Assembly: GCF_048593235.1 (NCBI RefSeq) | Contig: NC_133622.1 | Coordinates: 233,275,198-233,339,197 of the forward strand | Direction: 5' to 3' | DNA: 64,000 bases | Origin: Sminthopsis crassicaudata | Lineage: Eukaryota | Shown here: positions 24,726 through 38,959 of the stretch, piece after piece | Position numbering within the stretch: position 1 is the stretch's first letter | Layout: every line of letters begins with the position of its first letter | Made by a program: the position numbers and the translations under genes | The notes under the pieces: model-generated | Database searches by the model: none | Told to the model about the DNA's origin: nothing | Seen by the model: only the letters and a program-made list of their open reading frames with translations

Positions 24726-26148
24726 TGTAGAGCCTCCTGGTGGCTGACCTGGCCTCCTGCTCCCCCCATCCCCCACTGAGACCCAGGCCAGTCTGAAAGG
24801 CTCTCAGCAAAGCTAAGTGGGCCCCAGGCAAGGAAACTAGACTTGGAAGGAAATCAAAAAGGATTTGCACTTGAACTTCTGGCTATTCTTGTGGTGATTC
24901 CCCAACTGAAAGGAAGGTGGCTCCAAGACCTCCAGAAAACCATCCAAGAACTTGAGAGTTTGGGCGCCCAAAGTGGGGCTAAGCACCTACATGTGTGACC
25001 CAGAAATTAAGGTGAGTACACAAACAGGCAAGAAGGAAACTCGGACAAGGGTTAACGTTGTATTTCAGCTGAAATGGGACAGGGGTTTAGAAAGGAGCCT
25101 TTTCCACCTCAAGGAAAAGGTCTAGAAAGCATGGTGACACTGAAAAATGTTCAAGGTTTTCTGGTAATGGGGTCCAGGTCAGTGAAGTCTTTGAAATATT
25201 AAAAGACACATCTCCTTGGTTCTCTAAGCACAAAGAATTCCATCCAGACCAAGGGAAAGGAGTAGGAGAGCAACTAAGTGAATATTACAATGAGAATGGT
25301 GCTCATTCAATTCCTAAAGAAGCATTTTATACCTACACCTGAATCCAATTGGTCTGAGGAAATGATGTCTGCTCAAGAAGAAGGAAAAAGAAGAAAGAGC
25401 AGGAGGGGAAGGATACTGACAAACTAGGTGAAGAGCCTGAAGAATCAGGTAAGAATGGAGTGAAGTACAATTCTGATGAAATTAAGGAGAGTGGTGCTTC
25501 CCAGCAGGAGACATTAGGACATTCCCCAACCCCCCTGACCTACCCCCCACCCCCAGGAACCTATTATGGGTGGAGGGAGAAGGAGGAGGAGGAGGGGCAG
25601 GGACAGAATCAGCATCTCCTGTGAAGCAGTCTGTGACAAGATGGCAAAAGGCAAAAAGGGGGACAGGATATATCTGCTGGAATAGAAGAATACCCTGTGA
25701 GTGAAGACTTTGATCCTTCAGATCAAGCAGGAGAAGATACACTCCTTTGGATGTGGGGAAAAAAAATCAAGGATTTGAAAAAGGGCTGTACTCTTTATGG
25801 GGCTTCTCATCTTAGGCGAAAATGGTGTTAGAGAATTTGGCTTTTGAAATGGTAACCCCTGGTGATGGCAAATGTATAGCAAGGGCATGTTGAGAACCTG
25901 GAAACAACTTGTTGTGGCTTTTGGGCTATAGTGCACTTTGTAGGATACAAGCCAGGGAGGTCTGACCTGACCAAAGAAAGCAGGAGATGTTATGGGGCAG
26001 AAGTGAAATTGAACCAGGGAAGTGAATGATGGTGTCCTTGCCAGGTACTTAGTACATAATAGAGATTCCCCCCTAAGGCTACTGATGGGATTAGCATAGA
26101 GTATATCAACTGGGACAATCACAGCCAGACATTCATTCTCTCTCTCAG
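24726..26148 (+). mobile_element. ERVK-like 5' remnant, unit 4
   Basis: Near-identical to unit 1; PBS at 24962. Confidence 0.85.
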
Positions 26149-26215
26149 CTTTGTAGTGACTGGAGGCTGGAGGAAAAGAACTTCACCTCAGAGATTCATT
26201 GCATCTCCTAGCATC

Positions 26216-27613
26216 ATGGAGGACTGGAAGAGGCTCAGAGAAGACAGAGCACTGGAGAATGGAGCACAAGCTCTGGGACTGAGACAGACTTCAAGAAAGA
26301 GACCCTGGAGGTCATCCTCCTCCTTGCTACCTCGAAAGCAAGACCCATTACAGAGGCCCTCCACAAAGGGGGGCCGGGCCCAGGCCCAGAACTGGAAGAG
26401 ACTCGGGCAAGACAGAGGACTGGAGGCTGGAGAAGAAGCTCTGGGACTTGGACGGATTTCAAGAAAGAGACCCTGTAGGTCCTCCTCCTCCTTCCTCCAC
26501 AGAAAGCAAGACCCATGCCAGAGGATCTCCAGAAAGCAGACCCAGGCCCACAACTGGAAGAGACTCGGGGAAGACAGAGGACTGGAGGCTGGAGAAGAAG
26601 CTCTGGGACTGAGACATTCTTCAAGAAAGAGACTGTGGAGGTCATCCTCCTACTTCCTCCACAGCAACCAAGACCCATTGCAGAGGCCCTCAACAAAGGG
26701 GGCCCAGGCCCAGGCCCAGGCCCAGGCCCAGCATTGGAAGAGACTCGGCGAAGACAGAGGACTGGAGGCTGAAGCACAAACTCTCGGACAGAGACAGGTT
26801 TCAAGAAAGAGACCCTGGAGGTCCTCCCCATCCTTCCTCCACAGAAAGCAAGATCCATGCCAGAGGATCTCCAGAAAGCAGACCCAGGCCCACAACTGGA
26901 AGAGACTCGGGGAAGACAGAGGACTGGAGGCCGGAGAAGAAGCTCTGGGACTGAGACATTCTTCAAGAAAGAGACTGTGGAGGTCATCCTCCTACTTCCT
27001 CCACAGCAACCAAGACCCATTGCAGAGGCCCTCCACAAAGGGGGCCCGGGCCCAGGCCCAGCACTGGAAGAGACTCGGGGAAGACAGAGGACTGGAGGCT
27101 GAAGCACAAACTCTCGGACAGAGACAGGTTTCAAGAAAGAGACCCTGGAGGTCCTCCTCATCCTTCCTCTACAGAAAGCAAGACCCTTGCCACAGGATCT
27201 CCAGAAATTGGCCCCGGACCCCAGGCAAGGAAACACACTGTGAAGGAGACACTAGACTTTTGGGGACTCCATCACCTGCCAATTCTCCTGGGGATTGCTC
27301 TGATGAAACCAAGAATACCCAAATGAACACAGAGCCACCCATCAAAGCAATTCTTCACCAGAAACTGATAGAAACTGGTGAACGACAACGACTTCAACAG
27401 TGGCTAAGAGCTCAATTGCTCCAGTGTGGTTGGAAAGATCAACTACAAGCTCATTGTCAAGATGTGATTCAGCAAAAAGGCCTAGAACAGGTGACTGTGG
27501 ACAACTTGGTAGCAGAACTCACTCTCAAAGGCAGAGAGCTTGTACCCCACAGTTTGATGGAGGAACTTTTCCAAAGAGTAAAGACCTTCTTGGCTCAGCA
27601 CGACAGACCTTAA
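26216..27613 (+). CDS. ENY2: ENY2-like chimeric retrogene, copy 4 (465 aa)
   Basis: Open ORF, consensus protein. Confidence 0.9.
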   Translation: MEDWKRLREDRALENGAQALGLRQTSRKRPWRSSSSLLPRKQDPLQRPSTKGGRAQAQNWKRLGQDRGLEAGEEALGLGRISRKRPCRSSSSFLHRKQDPCQRISRKQTQAHNWKRLGEDRGLEAGEEALGLRHSSRKRLWRSSSYFLHSNQDPLQRPSTKGAQAQAQAQAQHWKRLGEDRGLEAEAQTLGQRQVSRKRPWRSSPSFLHRKQDPCQRISRKQTQAHNWKRLGEDRGLEAGEEALGLRHSSRKRLWRSSSYFLHSNQDPLQRPSTKGARAQAQHWKRLGEDRGLEAEAQTLGQRQVSRKRPWRSSSSFLYRKQDPCHRISRNWPRTPGKETHCEGDTRLLGTPSPANSPGDCSDETKNTQMNTEPPIKAILHQKLIETGERQRLQQWLRAQLLQCGWKDQLQAHCQDVIQQKGLEQVTVDNLVAELTLKGRELVPHSLMEELFQRVKTFLAQHDRP

Positions 27614-28182
27614 GAGGGGGCCGAACATCAACACCATGTACTTTGACTTCTTGCATCCACAAAGAACAGACATGCCATACCTTTGCAGGGCACTTGCTAA
27701 ATTAGTCCTCTTTGGGTAGGATGCATTTTCCGTGTTTTCGTAGGATACTCTGTTGGATCCATTTTTTTCTCCAAGGTCATTTTTACAAGAAATCAATAAG
27801 AAAATATTTTAAAATAAAAACAAAAATAACATAAAAATAAGAAACTATTTAATAAATTTTAAAATCATAGAATAACTAATCATAAAAATCATAATATAAA
27901 ATCATAACATAAAACATTTAAAATCAAAAGTAAATTTAAAAATTGAATAATCAGAAATACAATAAAAATCATAAATAATAAAACTTTTAAAGTTTTCAAA
28001 ATTACCTATTTCCACTCTCATAGTCTATGTTCTCTATTTTCAACTTTGAGCATTGACTATAAATGTTACCATCTTTCCCAAGAAAGATGGCCCATTACTC
28101 TTGTAACTGTCAGAAACACTGTCCCTTTGTCTCTTGTCCCCTCCCCCCTCAATACTAGCATTTAATAAGAGGATATGTAAAT

Positions 28183-28233
<51 letters not shown>

Positions 28234-28806
28234 CCCAGGGAATAGGCCAAAATGTCTATCCAAATTCTTGCCTTCTTAAAGGGAGAAGGGCATTTAGGCA
28301 GAGAGAAAATTTAGAACTCAATATTATAAAAAACGAAAGTGAAAAGGTTCAGATAAAAGGAATTAAAGGAAGAAAAATATGTACAAAATAGAGAAAGTCC
28401 TCAGACATCACTCTAAATTCTCAATTAATCAGTAATAAGTTATTACATATTTACATTGAATGATAGGCTTTTGGATCTAGGTCTACTTTTCCTGCCATCC
28501 CAAGGATAGCAATATTCATGCTTCTTTTGTATATGCTCAGGATATCCAGGGAAGACTCAGTGATGGCCCATAGATCCCCTAATATCCTTCATCCCAGAGA
28601 GGTCAACAGCTGCTTGACTCACTCTCCTGGGTCCTGAGATTTCATTCAAGGGTGTAGAAGCCTTGATCTTTTCAATCATCCCCCAATGTTACTCATGATT
28701 CCAAGCAAGATAGTGCTATGTGAAGCACAGGGGATAGCAAGAAAGATGAAAACAACTCTTTGTTCCCCTGAAAAATCCCATTTAATAAGTAAGACCATAT
28801 GTATAT

Positions 28807-28851
<45 letters not shown>

Positions 28852-29081
28852 GTATATGCAAAAATCTCTATGCAAATTCTTGCCTTCCCAATGGCAAGAG
28901 GGGAAGTAGGCAGAGAGAAAATGTAGAAGTCAAGATTTTAAAACATGAAAGTTAAAATGTTCCTGTCTAACTAAGAAAAGACCAAAAAAACCTATTAATG
29001 GTTCTCTAATTTCACTAGGATTGATTTCATCTTACAACAAAGAATGGCTTCCTCTTGATATCATGATGAGTTTTTCCTCAG

Positions 29082-30504
29082 TGTAGAGCCTCCTGGTGGC
29101 TGACCTGGCCTCCTGCTCCCCCCATCCCCCACTGAGACCCAGGCCAGTCTGAAAGGCTCTCAGCAAAGCTAAGTGGGCCCCAGGCAAGGAAACTAGACTT
29201 GGAAGGAAATCAAAAAGGATTTGCACTTGAACTTCTGGCTATTCTTGTGGTGATTCCCCAACTGAAAGGAAGGTGGCTCCAAGACCTCCAGAAAACCATC
29301 CAAGAACTTGAGAGTTTGGGCGCCCAAAGTGGGGCTAAGCACCTACATGTGTGACCCAGAAATTAAGGTGAGTACACAAACAGGCAAGAAGGAAACTCGG
29401 ACAAGGGTTAACGTTGTATTTCAGCTGAAATGGGACAGGGGTTTAGAAAGGAGCCTTTTCCACCTCAAGGAAAAGGTCTAGAAAGCATGGTGACACTGAA
29501 AAATGTTCAAGGTTTTCTGGTAATGGGGTCCAGGTCAGTGAAGTCTTTGAAATATTAAAAGACACATCTCCTTGGTTCTCTAAGCACAAAGAATTCCATC
29601 CAGACCAAGGGAAAGGAGTAGGAGAGCAACTAAGTGAATATTACAATGAGAATGGTGCTCATTCAATTCCTAAAGAAGCATTTTATACCTACACCTGAAT
29701 CCAATTGGTCTGAGGAAATGATGTCTGCTCAAGAAGAAGGAAAAAGAAGAAAGAGCAGGAGGGGAAGGATACTGACAAACTAGGTGAAGAGCCTGAAGAA
29801 TCAGGTAAGAATGGAGTGAAGTACAATTCTGATGAAATTAAGGAGAGTGGTGCTTCCCAGCAGGAGACATTAGGACATTCCCCAACCCCCCTGACCTACC
29901 CCCCACCCCCAGGAACCTATTATGGGTGGAGGGAGAAGGAGGAGGAGGAGGGGCAGGGACAGAATCAGCATCTCCTGTGAAGCAGTCTGTGACAAGATGG
30001 CAAAAGGCAAAAAGGGGGACAGGATATATCTGCTGGAATAGAAGAATACCCTGTGAGTGAAGACTTTGATCCTTCAGATCAAGCAGGAGAAGATACACTC
30101 CTTTGGATGTGGGGAAAAAAAATCAAGGATTTGAAAAAGGGCTGTACTCTTTATGGGGCTTCTCATCTTAGGCGAAAATGGTGTTAGAGAATTTGGCTTT
30201 TGAAATGGTAACCCCTGGTGATGGCAAATGTATAGCAAGGGCATGTTGAGAACCTGGAAACAACTTGTTGTGGCTTTTGGGCTATAGTGCACTTTGTAGG
30301 ATACAAGCCAGGGAGGTCTGACCTGACCAAAGAAAGCAGGAGATGTTATGGGGCAGAAGTGAAATTGAACCAGGGAAGTGAATGATGGTGTCCTTGCCAG
30401 GTACTTAGTACATAATAGAGATTCCCCCCTAAGGCTACTGATGGGATTAGCATAGAGTATATCAACTGGGACAATCACAGCCAGACATTCATTCTCTCTC
30501 TCAG
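29082..30504 (+). mobile_element. ERVK-like 5' remnant, unit 5
   Basis: Near-identical to unit 1; PBS at 29318. Confidence 0.85.
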
Positions 30505-30571
30505 CTTTGTAGTGACTGGAGGCTGGAGGAAAAGAACTTCACCTCAGAGATTCATTGCATCTCCTAGCATC

Positions 30572-31639
30572 ATGGAGGACTGGAAGAGGCTCAGAGAAGA
30601 CAGAGCACTGGAGAATGGAGCACAAGCTCTGGGACTGAGACAGACTTCAAGAAAGAGACCCTGGAGGTCATCCTCCTCCTTGCTACCTCGAAAGCAAGAC
30701 CCATTACAGAGGCCCTCCACAAAGGGGGGCCGGGCCCAGGCCCAGAACTGGAAGAGACTCGGGCAAGACAGAGGACTGGAGGCTGGAGAAGAAGCTCTGG
30801 GACTTGGACGGATTTCAAGAAAGAGACCCTGTAGGTCCTCCTCCTCCTTCCTCCACAGAAAGCAAGACCCATGCCAGAGGATCTCCAGAAAGCAGACCCA
30901 GGCCCACAACTGGAAGAGACTCGGGGAAGACAGAGGACTGGAGGCTGGAGAAGAAGCTCTGGGACTGAGACATTCTTCAAGAAAGAGACTGTGGAGGTCA
31001 TCCTCCTACTTCCTCCACAGCAACCAAGACCCATTGCAGAGGCCCTCAACAAAGGGGGCCCAGGCCCAGGCCCAGGCCCAGGCCCAGCATTGGAAGAGAC
31101 TCGGCGAAGACAGAGGACTGGAGGCTGAAGCACAAACTCTCGGACAGAGACAGGTTTCAAGAAAGAGACCCTGGAGGTCCTCCTCATCCTTCCTCTACAG
31201 AAAGCAAGACCCTTGCCACAGGATCTCCAGAAATTGGCCCCGGACCCCAGGCAAGGAAACACACTGTGAAGGAGACACTAGACTTTTGGGGACTCCATCA
31301 CCTGCCAATTCTCCTGGGGATTGCTCTGATGAAACCAAGAATACCCAAATGAACACAGAGCCACCCATCAAAGCAATTCTTCACCAGAAACTGATAGAAA
31401 CTGGTGAACGACAACGACTTCAACAGTGGCTAAGAGCTCAATTGCTCCAGTGTGGTTGGAAAGATCAACTACAAGCTCATTGTCAAGATGTGATTCAGCA
31501 AAAAGGCCTAGAACAGGTGACTGTGGACAACTTGGTAGCAGAACTCACTCTCAAAGGCAGAGAGCTTGTACCCCACAGTTTGATGGAGGAACTTTTCCAA
31601 AGAGTAAAGACCTTCTTGGCTCAGCACGACAGACCTTAA
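30572..31639 (+). CDS. ENY2: ENY2-like chimeric retrogene, copy 5 (355 aa, four repeats)
   Basis: Open ORF with an in-frame 330-bp deletion of one repeat dimer; ENY2 domain intact. Confidence 0.9.
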   Translation: MEDWKRLREDRALENGAQALGLRQTSRKRPWRSSSSLLPRKQDPLQRPSTKGGRAQAQNWKRLGQDRGLEAGEEALGLGRISRKRPCRSSSSFLHRKQDPCQRISRKQTQAHNWKRLGEDRGLEAGEEALGLRHSSRKRLWRSSSYFLHSNQDPLQRPSTKGAQAQAQAQAQHWKRLGEDRGLEAEAQTLGQRQVSRKRPWRSSSSFLYRKQDPCHRISRNWPRTPGKETHCEGDTRLLGTPSPANSPGDCSDETKNTQMNTEPPIKAILHQKLIETGERQRLQQWLRAQLLQCGWKDQLQAHCQDVIQQKGLEQVTVDNLVAELTLKGRELVPHSLMEELFQRVKTFLAQHDRP

Positions 31640-32208
31640 GAGGGGGCCGAACATCAACACCATGTACTTTGATTTCTTGCATCCACAAAGAACAGACATG
31701 CCATACCTTTGCAGGGCACTTGCTAAATTAGTCCTCTTTGGGTAGGATGCATTTTCCGTGTTTTCGTAGGATACTCTGTTGGATCCATTTTTTTCTCCAA
31801 GGTCATTTTTACAAGAAATCAATAAGAAAATATTTTAAAATAAAAACAAAAATAACATAAAAATAAGAAACTATTTAATAAATTTTAAAATCATAGAATA
31901 ACTAATCATAAAAATCATAATATAAAATTATAACATAAAACATTTAAAATCAAAAGTAAATTTAAAAATTGAATAATCAGAAATACAATAAAAATCATAA
32001 ATAATAAAACTTTTAAAGTTTTCAAAATTACCTATTTCCACTCTCATAGTCTATGTTCTCTATTTTCAACTTTGAGCATTGACTATAAATGTTACCATCT
32101 TTCCCAAGAAAGATGGCCCATTACTCTTGTAACTGTCAGAAACACTGTCCCTTTGTCTCTTGTCCCCTCCCCCCTCAATACTAGCATTTAATAAGAGGAT
32201 ATGTAAAT

Positions 32209-32255
<47 letters not shown>

Positions 32256-32828
32256 CCCAGGGAATAGGCCAAAATGTCTATCCAAATTCTTGCCTTCTTA
32301 AAGGGAGAAGGGCATTTAGGCAGAGAGAAAATTTAGAACTCAATATTATAAAAAACGAAAGTGAAAAGGTTCAGATAAAAGGAATTAAAGGAAGAAAAAT
32401 ATGTACAAAATAGAGAAAGTCCTCAGACATCACTCTAAATTCTCAATTAATCAGTAATAAGTTATTACATATTTACATTGAATGATAGGCTTTTGGATCT
32501 AGGTCTACTTTTCCTGCCATCCCAAGGATAGCAATATTCATGCTTCTTTTGTATATGCTCAGGATATCCAGGGAAGACTCAGTGATGGCCCATAGATCCC
32601 CTAATATCCTTCATCCCAGAGAGGTCAACAGCTGCTTGACTCACTCTCCTGGGTCCTGAGATTTCATTCAAGGGTGTAGAAGCCTTGATCTTTTCAATCA
32701 TCCCCCAATGTTACTCATGATTCCAAGCAAGATAGTGCTATGTGAAGCACAGGGGATAGCAAGAAAGATGAAAACAACTCTTTGTTCCCCTGAAAAATCC
32801 CATTTAATAAGTAAGACCATATGTATAT

Positions 32829-32875
<47 letters not shown>

Positions 32876-33105
32876 GTATATGCAAAAATCTCTATGCAAA
32901 TTCTTGCCTTCCCAATGGCAAGAGGGGAAGTAGGCAGAGAGAAAATGTAGAAGTCAAGATTTTAAAACATGAAAGTTAAAATGTTCCTGTCTAACTAAGA
33001 AAAGACCAAAAAAACCTATTAATGGTTCTCTAATTTCACTAGGATTGATTTCATCTTACAACAAAGAATGGCTTCCTCTTGATATCATGATGAGTTTTTC
33101 CTCAG

Positions 33106-34528
33106 TGTAGAGCCTCCTGGTGGCTGACCTGGCCTCCTGCTCCCCCCATCCCCCACTGAGACCCAGGCCAGTCTGAAAGGCTCTCAGCAAAGCTAAGTGG
33201 GCCCCAGGCAAGGAAACTAGACTTGGAAGGAAATCAAAAAGGATTTGCACTTGAACTTCTGGCTATTCTTGTGGTGATTCCCCAACTGAAAGGAAGGTGG
33301 CTCCAAGACCTCCAGAAAACCATCCAAGAACTTGAGAGTTTGGGCGCCCAAAGTGGGGCTAAGCACCTACATGTGTGACCCAGAAATTAAGGTGAGTACA
33401 CAAACAGGCAAGAAGGAAACTCGGACAAGGGTTAACGTTGTATTTCAGCTGAAATGGGACAGGGGTTTAGAAAGGAGCCTTTTCCACCTCAAGGAAAAGG
33501 TCTAGAAAGCATGGTGACACTGAAAAATGTTCAAGGTTTTCTGGTAATGGGGTCCAGGTCAGTGAAGTCTTTGAAATATTAAAAGACACATCTCCTTGGT
33601 TCTCTAAGCACAAAGAATTCCATCCAGACCAAGGGAAAGGAGTAGGAGAGCAACTAAGTGAATATTACAATGAGAATGGTGCTCATTCAATTCCTAAAGA
33701 AGCATTTTATACCTACACCTGAATCCAATTGGTCTGAGGAAATGATGTCTGCTCAAGAAGAAGGAAAAAGAAGAAAGAGCAGGAGGGGAAGGATACTGAC
33801 AAACTAGGTGAAGAGCCTGAAGAATCAGGTAAGAATGGAGTGAAGTACAATTCTGATGAAATTAAGGAGAGTGGTGCTTCCCAGCAGGAGACATTAGGAC
33901 ATTCCCCAACCCCCCTGACCTACCCCCCACCCCCAGGAACCTATTATGGGTGGAGGGAGAAGGAGGAGGAGGAGGGGCAGGGACAGAATCAGCATCTCCT
34001 GTGAAGCAGTCTGTGGCAAGATGGCAAAAGGCAAAAAGGGGGACAGGATATATCTGCTGGAATAGAAGAATACCCTGTGAGTGAAGACTTTGATCCTTCA
34101 GATCAAGCAGGAGAAGATACACTCCTTTGGATGTGGGGAAAAAAAATCAAGGATTTGAAAAAGGGCTGTACTCTTTATGGGGCTTCTCATCTTAGGCGAA
34201 AATGGTGTTAGAGAATTTGGCTTTTGAAATGGTAACCCCTGGTGATGGCAAATGTATAGCAAGGGCATGTTGAGAACCTGGAAACAACTTGTTGTGGCTT
34301 TTGGGCTATAGTGCACTTTGTAGGATACAAGCCAGGGAGGTCTGACCTGACCAAAGAAAGCAGGAGATGTTATGGGGCAGAAGTGAAATTGAACCAGGGA
34401 AGTGAATGATGGTGTCCTTGCCAGGTACTTAGTACATAATAGAGATTCCCCCCTAAGGCTACTGATGGGATTAGCATAGAGTATATCAACTGGGACAATC
34501 ACAGCCAGACATTCATTCTCTCTCTCAG
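33106..34528 (+). mobile_element. ERVK-like 5' remnant, unit 6
   Basis: Near-identical to unit 1; PBS at 33342. Confidence 0.85.
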
Positions 34529-34595
34529 CTTTGTAGTGACTGGAGGCTGGAGGAAAAGAACTTCACCTCAGAGATTCATTGCATCTCCTAGCATC

Positions 34596-35993
34596 ATGGA
34601 GGACTGGAAGAGGCTCAGAGAAGACAGAGCACTGGAGAATGGAGCACAAGCTCTGGGACTGAGACAGACTTCAAGAAAGAGACCCTGGAGGTCATCCTCC
34701 TCCTTGCTACCTCGAAAGCAAGACCCATTACAGAGGCCCTCCACAAAGGGGGGCCGGGCCCAGGCCCAGAACTGGAAGAGACTCGGGCAAGACAGAGGAC
34801 TGGAGGCTGGAGAAGAAGCTCTGGGACTTGGACGGATTTCAAGAAAGAGACCCTGTAGGTCCTCCTCCTCCTTCCTCCACAGAAAGCAAGACCCATGCCA
34901 GAGGATCTCCAGAAAGCAGACCCAGGCCCACAACTGGAAGAGACTCGGGGAAGACAGAGGACTGGAGGCTGGAGAAGAAGCTCTGGGACTGAGACATTCT
35001 TCAAGAAAGAGACTGTGGAGGTCATCCTCCTACTTCCTCCACAGCAACCAAGACCCATTGCAGAGGCCCTCAACAAAGGGGGCCCAGGCCCAGGCCCAGG
35101 CCCAGGCCCAGCATTGGAAGAGACTCGGCGAAGACAGAGGACTGGAGGCTGAAGCACAAACTCTCGGACAGAGACAGGTTTCAAGAAAGAGACCCTGGAG
35201 GTCCTCCCCATCCTTCCTCCACAGAAAGCAAGATCCATGCCAGAGGATCTCCAGAAAGCAGACCCAGGCCCACAACTGGAAGAGACTCGGGGAAGACAGA
35301 GGACTGGAGGCCGGAGAAGAAGCTCTGGGACTGAGACATTCTTCAAGAAAGAGACTGTGGAGGTCATCCTCCTACTTCCTCCACAGCAACCAAGACCCAT
35401 TGCAGAGGCCCTCCACAAAGGGGGCCCGGGCCCAGGCCCAGCACTGGAAGAGACTCGGGGAAGACAGAGGACTGGAGGCTGAAGCACAAACTCTCGGACA
35501 GAGACAGGTTTCAAGAAAGAGACCCTGGAGGTCCTCCTCATCCTTCCTCTACAGAAAGCAAGACCCTTGCCACAGGATCTCCAGAAATTGGCCCCGGACC
35601 CCAGGCAAGGAAACACACTGTGAAGGAGACACTAGACTTTTGGGGACTCCATCACCTGCCAATTCTCCTGGGGATTGCTCTGATGAAACCAAGAATACCC
35701 AAATGAACACAGAGCCACCCATCAAAGCAATTCTTCACCAGAAACTGATAGAAACTGGTGAACGACAACGACTTCAACAGTGGCTAAGAGCTCAATTGCT
35801 CCAGTGTGGTTGGAAAGATCAACTACAAGCTCATTGTCAAGATGTGATTCAGCAAAAAGGCCTAGAACAGGTGACTGTGGACAACTTGGTAGCAGAACTC
35901 ACTCTCAAAGGCAGAGAGCTTGTACCCCACAGTTTGATGGAGGAACTTTTCCAAAGAGTAAAGACCTTCTTGGCTCAGCACGACAGACCTTAA
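34596..35993 (+). CDS. ENY2: ENY2-like chimeric retrogene, copy 6 (465 aa)
   Basis: Open ORF, consensus protein. Confidence 0.9.
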   Translation: MEDWKRLREDRALENGAQALGLRQTSRKRPWRSSSSLLPRKQDPLQRPSTKGGRAQAQNWKRLGQDRGLEAGEEALGLGRISRKRPCRSSSSFLHRKQDPCQRISRKQTQAHNWKRLGEDRGLEAGEEALGLRHSSRKRLWRSSSYFLHSNQDPLQRPSTKGAQAQAQAQAQHWKRLGEDRGLEAEAQTLGQRQVSRKRPWRSSPSFLHRKQDPCQRISRKQTQAHNWKRLGEDRGLEAGEEALGLRHSSRKRLWRSSSYFLHSNQDPLQRPSTKGARAQAQHWKRLGEDRGLEAEAQTLGQRQVSRKRPWRSSSSFLYRKQDPCHRISRNWPRTPGKETHCEGDTRLLGTPSPANSPGDCSDETKNTQMNTEPPIKAILHQKLIETGERQRLQQWLRAQLLQCGWKDQLQAHCQDVIQQKGLEQVTVDNLVAELTLKGRELVPHSLMEELFQRVKTFLAQHDRP

Positions 35994-36564
35994 GAGGGGG
36001 CCGAACATCAACACCATGTACTTTGACTTCTTGCATCCACAAAGAACAGACATGCCATACCTTTGCAGGGCACTTGCTAAATTAGTCCTCTTTGGGTAGG
36101 ATGCATTTTCCGTGTTTTCGTAGGATACTCTGTTGGATCCATTTTTTTCTCCAAGGTCATTTTTACAAGAAATCAATAAGAAAATATTTTAAAATAAAAA
36201 CAAAAATAACATAAAAATAAGAAACTATTTAATAAATTTTAAAATCATAGAATAACTAATCATAAAAATCATAATATAAAATCATAACATAAAACATTTA
36301 AAATCAAAAGTAAATTTAAAAATTGAATAATCAGAAATACAATAAAAATCATAAATAATAAAACTTTTAAAGTTTTCAAAATTACCTATTTCCACTCTCA
36401 TAGTCTATGTTCTCTATTTTCAACTTTGAGCATTGACTATAAATGTTACCATCTTTCCCAAGAAAGATGGCCCATTACTCTTGTAACTGTCAGAAACACT
36501 GTCCCTTTGTCTCTTGTCCCCTCCCCCCTCAATACTAGCATTTAATAAGAGGATATGTAAATAA

Positions 36565-36617
<53 letters not shown>

Positions 36618-37190
36618 CCCAGGGAATAGGCCAAAATGTCTATCCAAATTCTTGCCTTCTTAAAGGGAGAAGGGCATTTAGGCAGAGAGAAAATTTAGAA
36701 CTCAATATTATAAAAAACGAAAGTGAAAAGGTTCAGATAAAAGGAATTAAAGGAAGAAAAATATGTACAAAATAGAGAAAGTCCTCAGACATCACTCTAA
36801 ATTCTCAATTAATCAGTAATAAGTTATTACATATTTACATTGAATGATAGGCTTTTGGATCTAGGTCTACTTTTCCTGCCATCCCAAGGATAGCAATATT
36901 CATGCTTCTTTTGTATATGCTCAGGATATCCAGGGAAGACTCAGTGATGGCCCATAGATCCCCTAATATCCTTCATCCCAGAGAGGTCAACAGCTGCTTG
37001 ACTCACTCTCCTGGGTCCTGAGATTTCATTCAAGGGTGTAGAAGCCTTGATCTTTTCAATCATCCCCCAATGTTACTCATGATTCCAAGCAAGATAGTGC
37101 TATGTGAAGCACAGGGGATAGCAAGAAAGATGAAAACAACTCTTTGTTCCCCTGAAAAATCCCATTTAATAAGTAAGACCATATGTATAT

Positions 37191-37239
<49 letters not shown>

Positions 37240-37469
37240 GTATATGCAAAAATCTCTATGCAAATTCTTGCCTTCCCAATGGCAAGAGGGGAAGTAGGCA
37301 GAGAGAAAATGTAGAAGTCAAGATTTTAAAACATGAAAGTTAAAATGTTCCTGTCTAACTAAGAAAAGACCAAAAAAACCTATTAATGGTTCTCTAATTT
37401 CACTAGGATTGATTTCATCTTACAACAAAGAATGGCTTCCTCTTGATATCATGATGAGTTTTTCCTCAG

Positions 37470-38892
37470 TGTAGAGCCTCCTGGTGGCTGACCTGGCCTC
37501 CTGCTCCCCCCATCCCCCACTGAGACCCAGGCCAGTCTGAAAGGCTCTCAGCAAAGCTAAGTGGGCCCCAGGCAAGGAAACTAGACTTGGAAGGAAATCA
37601 AAAAGGATTTGCACTTGAACTTCTGGCTATTCTTGTGGTGATTCCCCAACTGAAAGGAAGGTGGCTCCAAGACCTCCAGAAAACCATCCAAGAACTTGAG
37701 AGTTTGGGCGCCCAAAGTGGGGCTAAGCACCTACATGTGTGACCCAGAAATTAAGGTGAGTACACAAACAGGCAAGAAGGAAACTCGGACAAGGGTTAAC
37801 GTTGTATTTCAGCTGAAATGGGACAGGGGTTTAGAAAGGAGCCTTTTCCACCTCAAGGAAAAGGTCTAGAAAGCATGGTGACACTGAAAAATGTTCAAGG
37901 TTTTCTGGTAATGGGGTCCAGGTCAGTGAAGTCTTTGAAATATTAAAAGACACATCTCCTTGGTTCTCTAAGCACAAAGAATTCCATCCAGACCAAGGGA
38001 AAGGAGTAGGAGAGCAACTAAGTGAATATTACAATGAGAATGGTGCTCATTCAATTCCTAAAGAAGCATTTTATACCTACACCTGAATCCAATTGGTCTG
38101 AGGAAATGATGTCTGCTCAAGAAGAAGGAAAAAGAAGAAAGAGCAGGAGGGGAAGGATACTGACAAACTAGGTGAAGAGCCTGAAGAATCAGGTAAGAAT
38201 GGAGTGAAGTACAATTCTGATGAAATTAAGGAGAGTGGTGCTTCCCAGCAGGAGACATTAGGACATTCCCCAACCCCCCTGACCTACCCCCCACCCCCAG
38301 GAACCTATTATGGGTGGAGGGAGAAGGAGGAGGAGGAGGGGCAGGGACAGAATCAGCATCTCCTGTGAAGCAGTCTGTGACAAGATGGCAAAAGGCAAAA
38401 AGGGGGACAGGATATATCTGCTGGAATAGAAGAATACCCTGTGAGTGAAGACTTTGATCCTTCAGATCAAGCAGGAGAAGATACACTCCTTTGGATGTGG
38501 GGAAAAAAAATCAAGGATTTGAAAAAGGGCTGTACTCTTTATGGGGCTTCTCATCTTAGGCGAAAATGGTGTTAGAGAATTTGGCTTTTGAAATGGTAAC
38601 CCCTGGTGATGGCAAATGTATAGCAAGGGCATGTTGAGAACCTGGAAACAACTTGTTGTGGCTTTTGGGCTATAGTGCACTTTGTAGGATACAAGCCAGG
38701 GAGGTCTGACCTGACCAAAGAAAGCAGGAGATGTTATGGGGCAGAAGTGAAATTGAACCAGGGAAGTGAATGATGGTGTCCTTGCCAGGTACTTAGTACA
38801 TAATAGAGATTCCCCCCTAAGGCTACTGATGGGATTAGCATAGAGTATATCAACTGGGACAATCACAGCCAGACATTCATTCTCTCTCTCAG
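37470..38892 (+). mobile_element. ERVK-like 5' remnant, unit 7
   Basis: Near-identical to unit 1; PBS at 37706. Confidence 0.85.
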
Positions 38893-38959
38893 CTTTGTAG
38901 TGACTGGAGGCTGGAGGAAAAGAACTTCACCTCAGAGATTCATTGCATCTCCTAGCATC

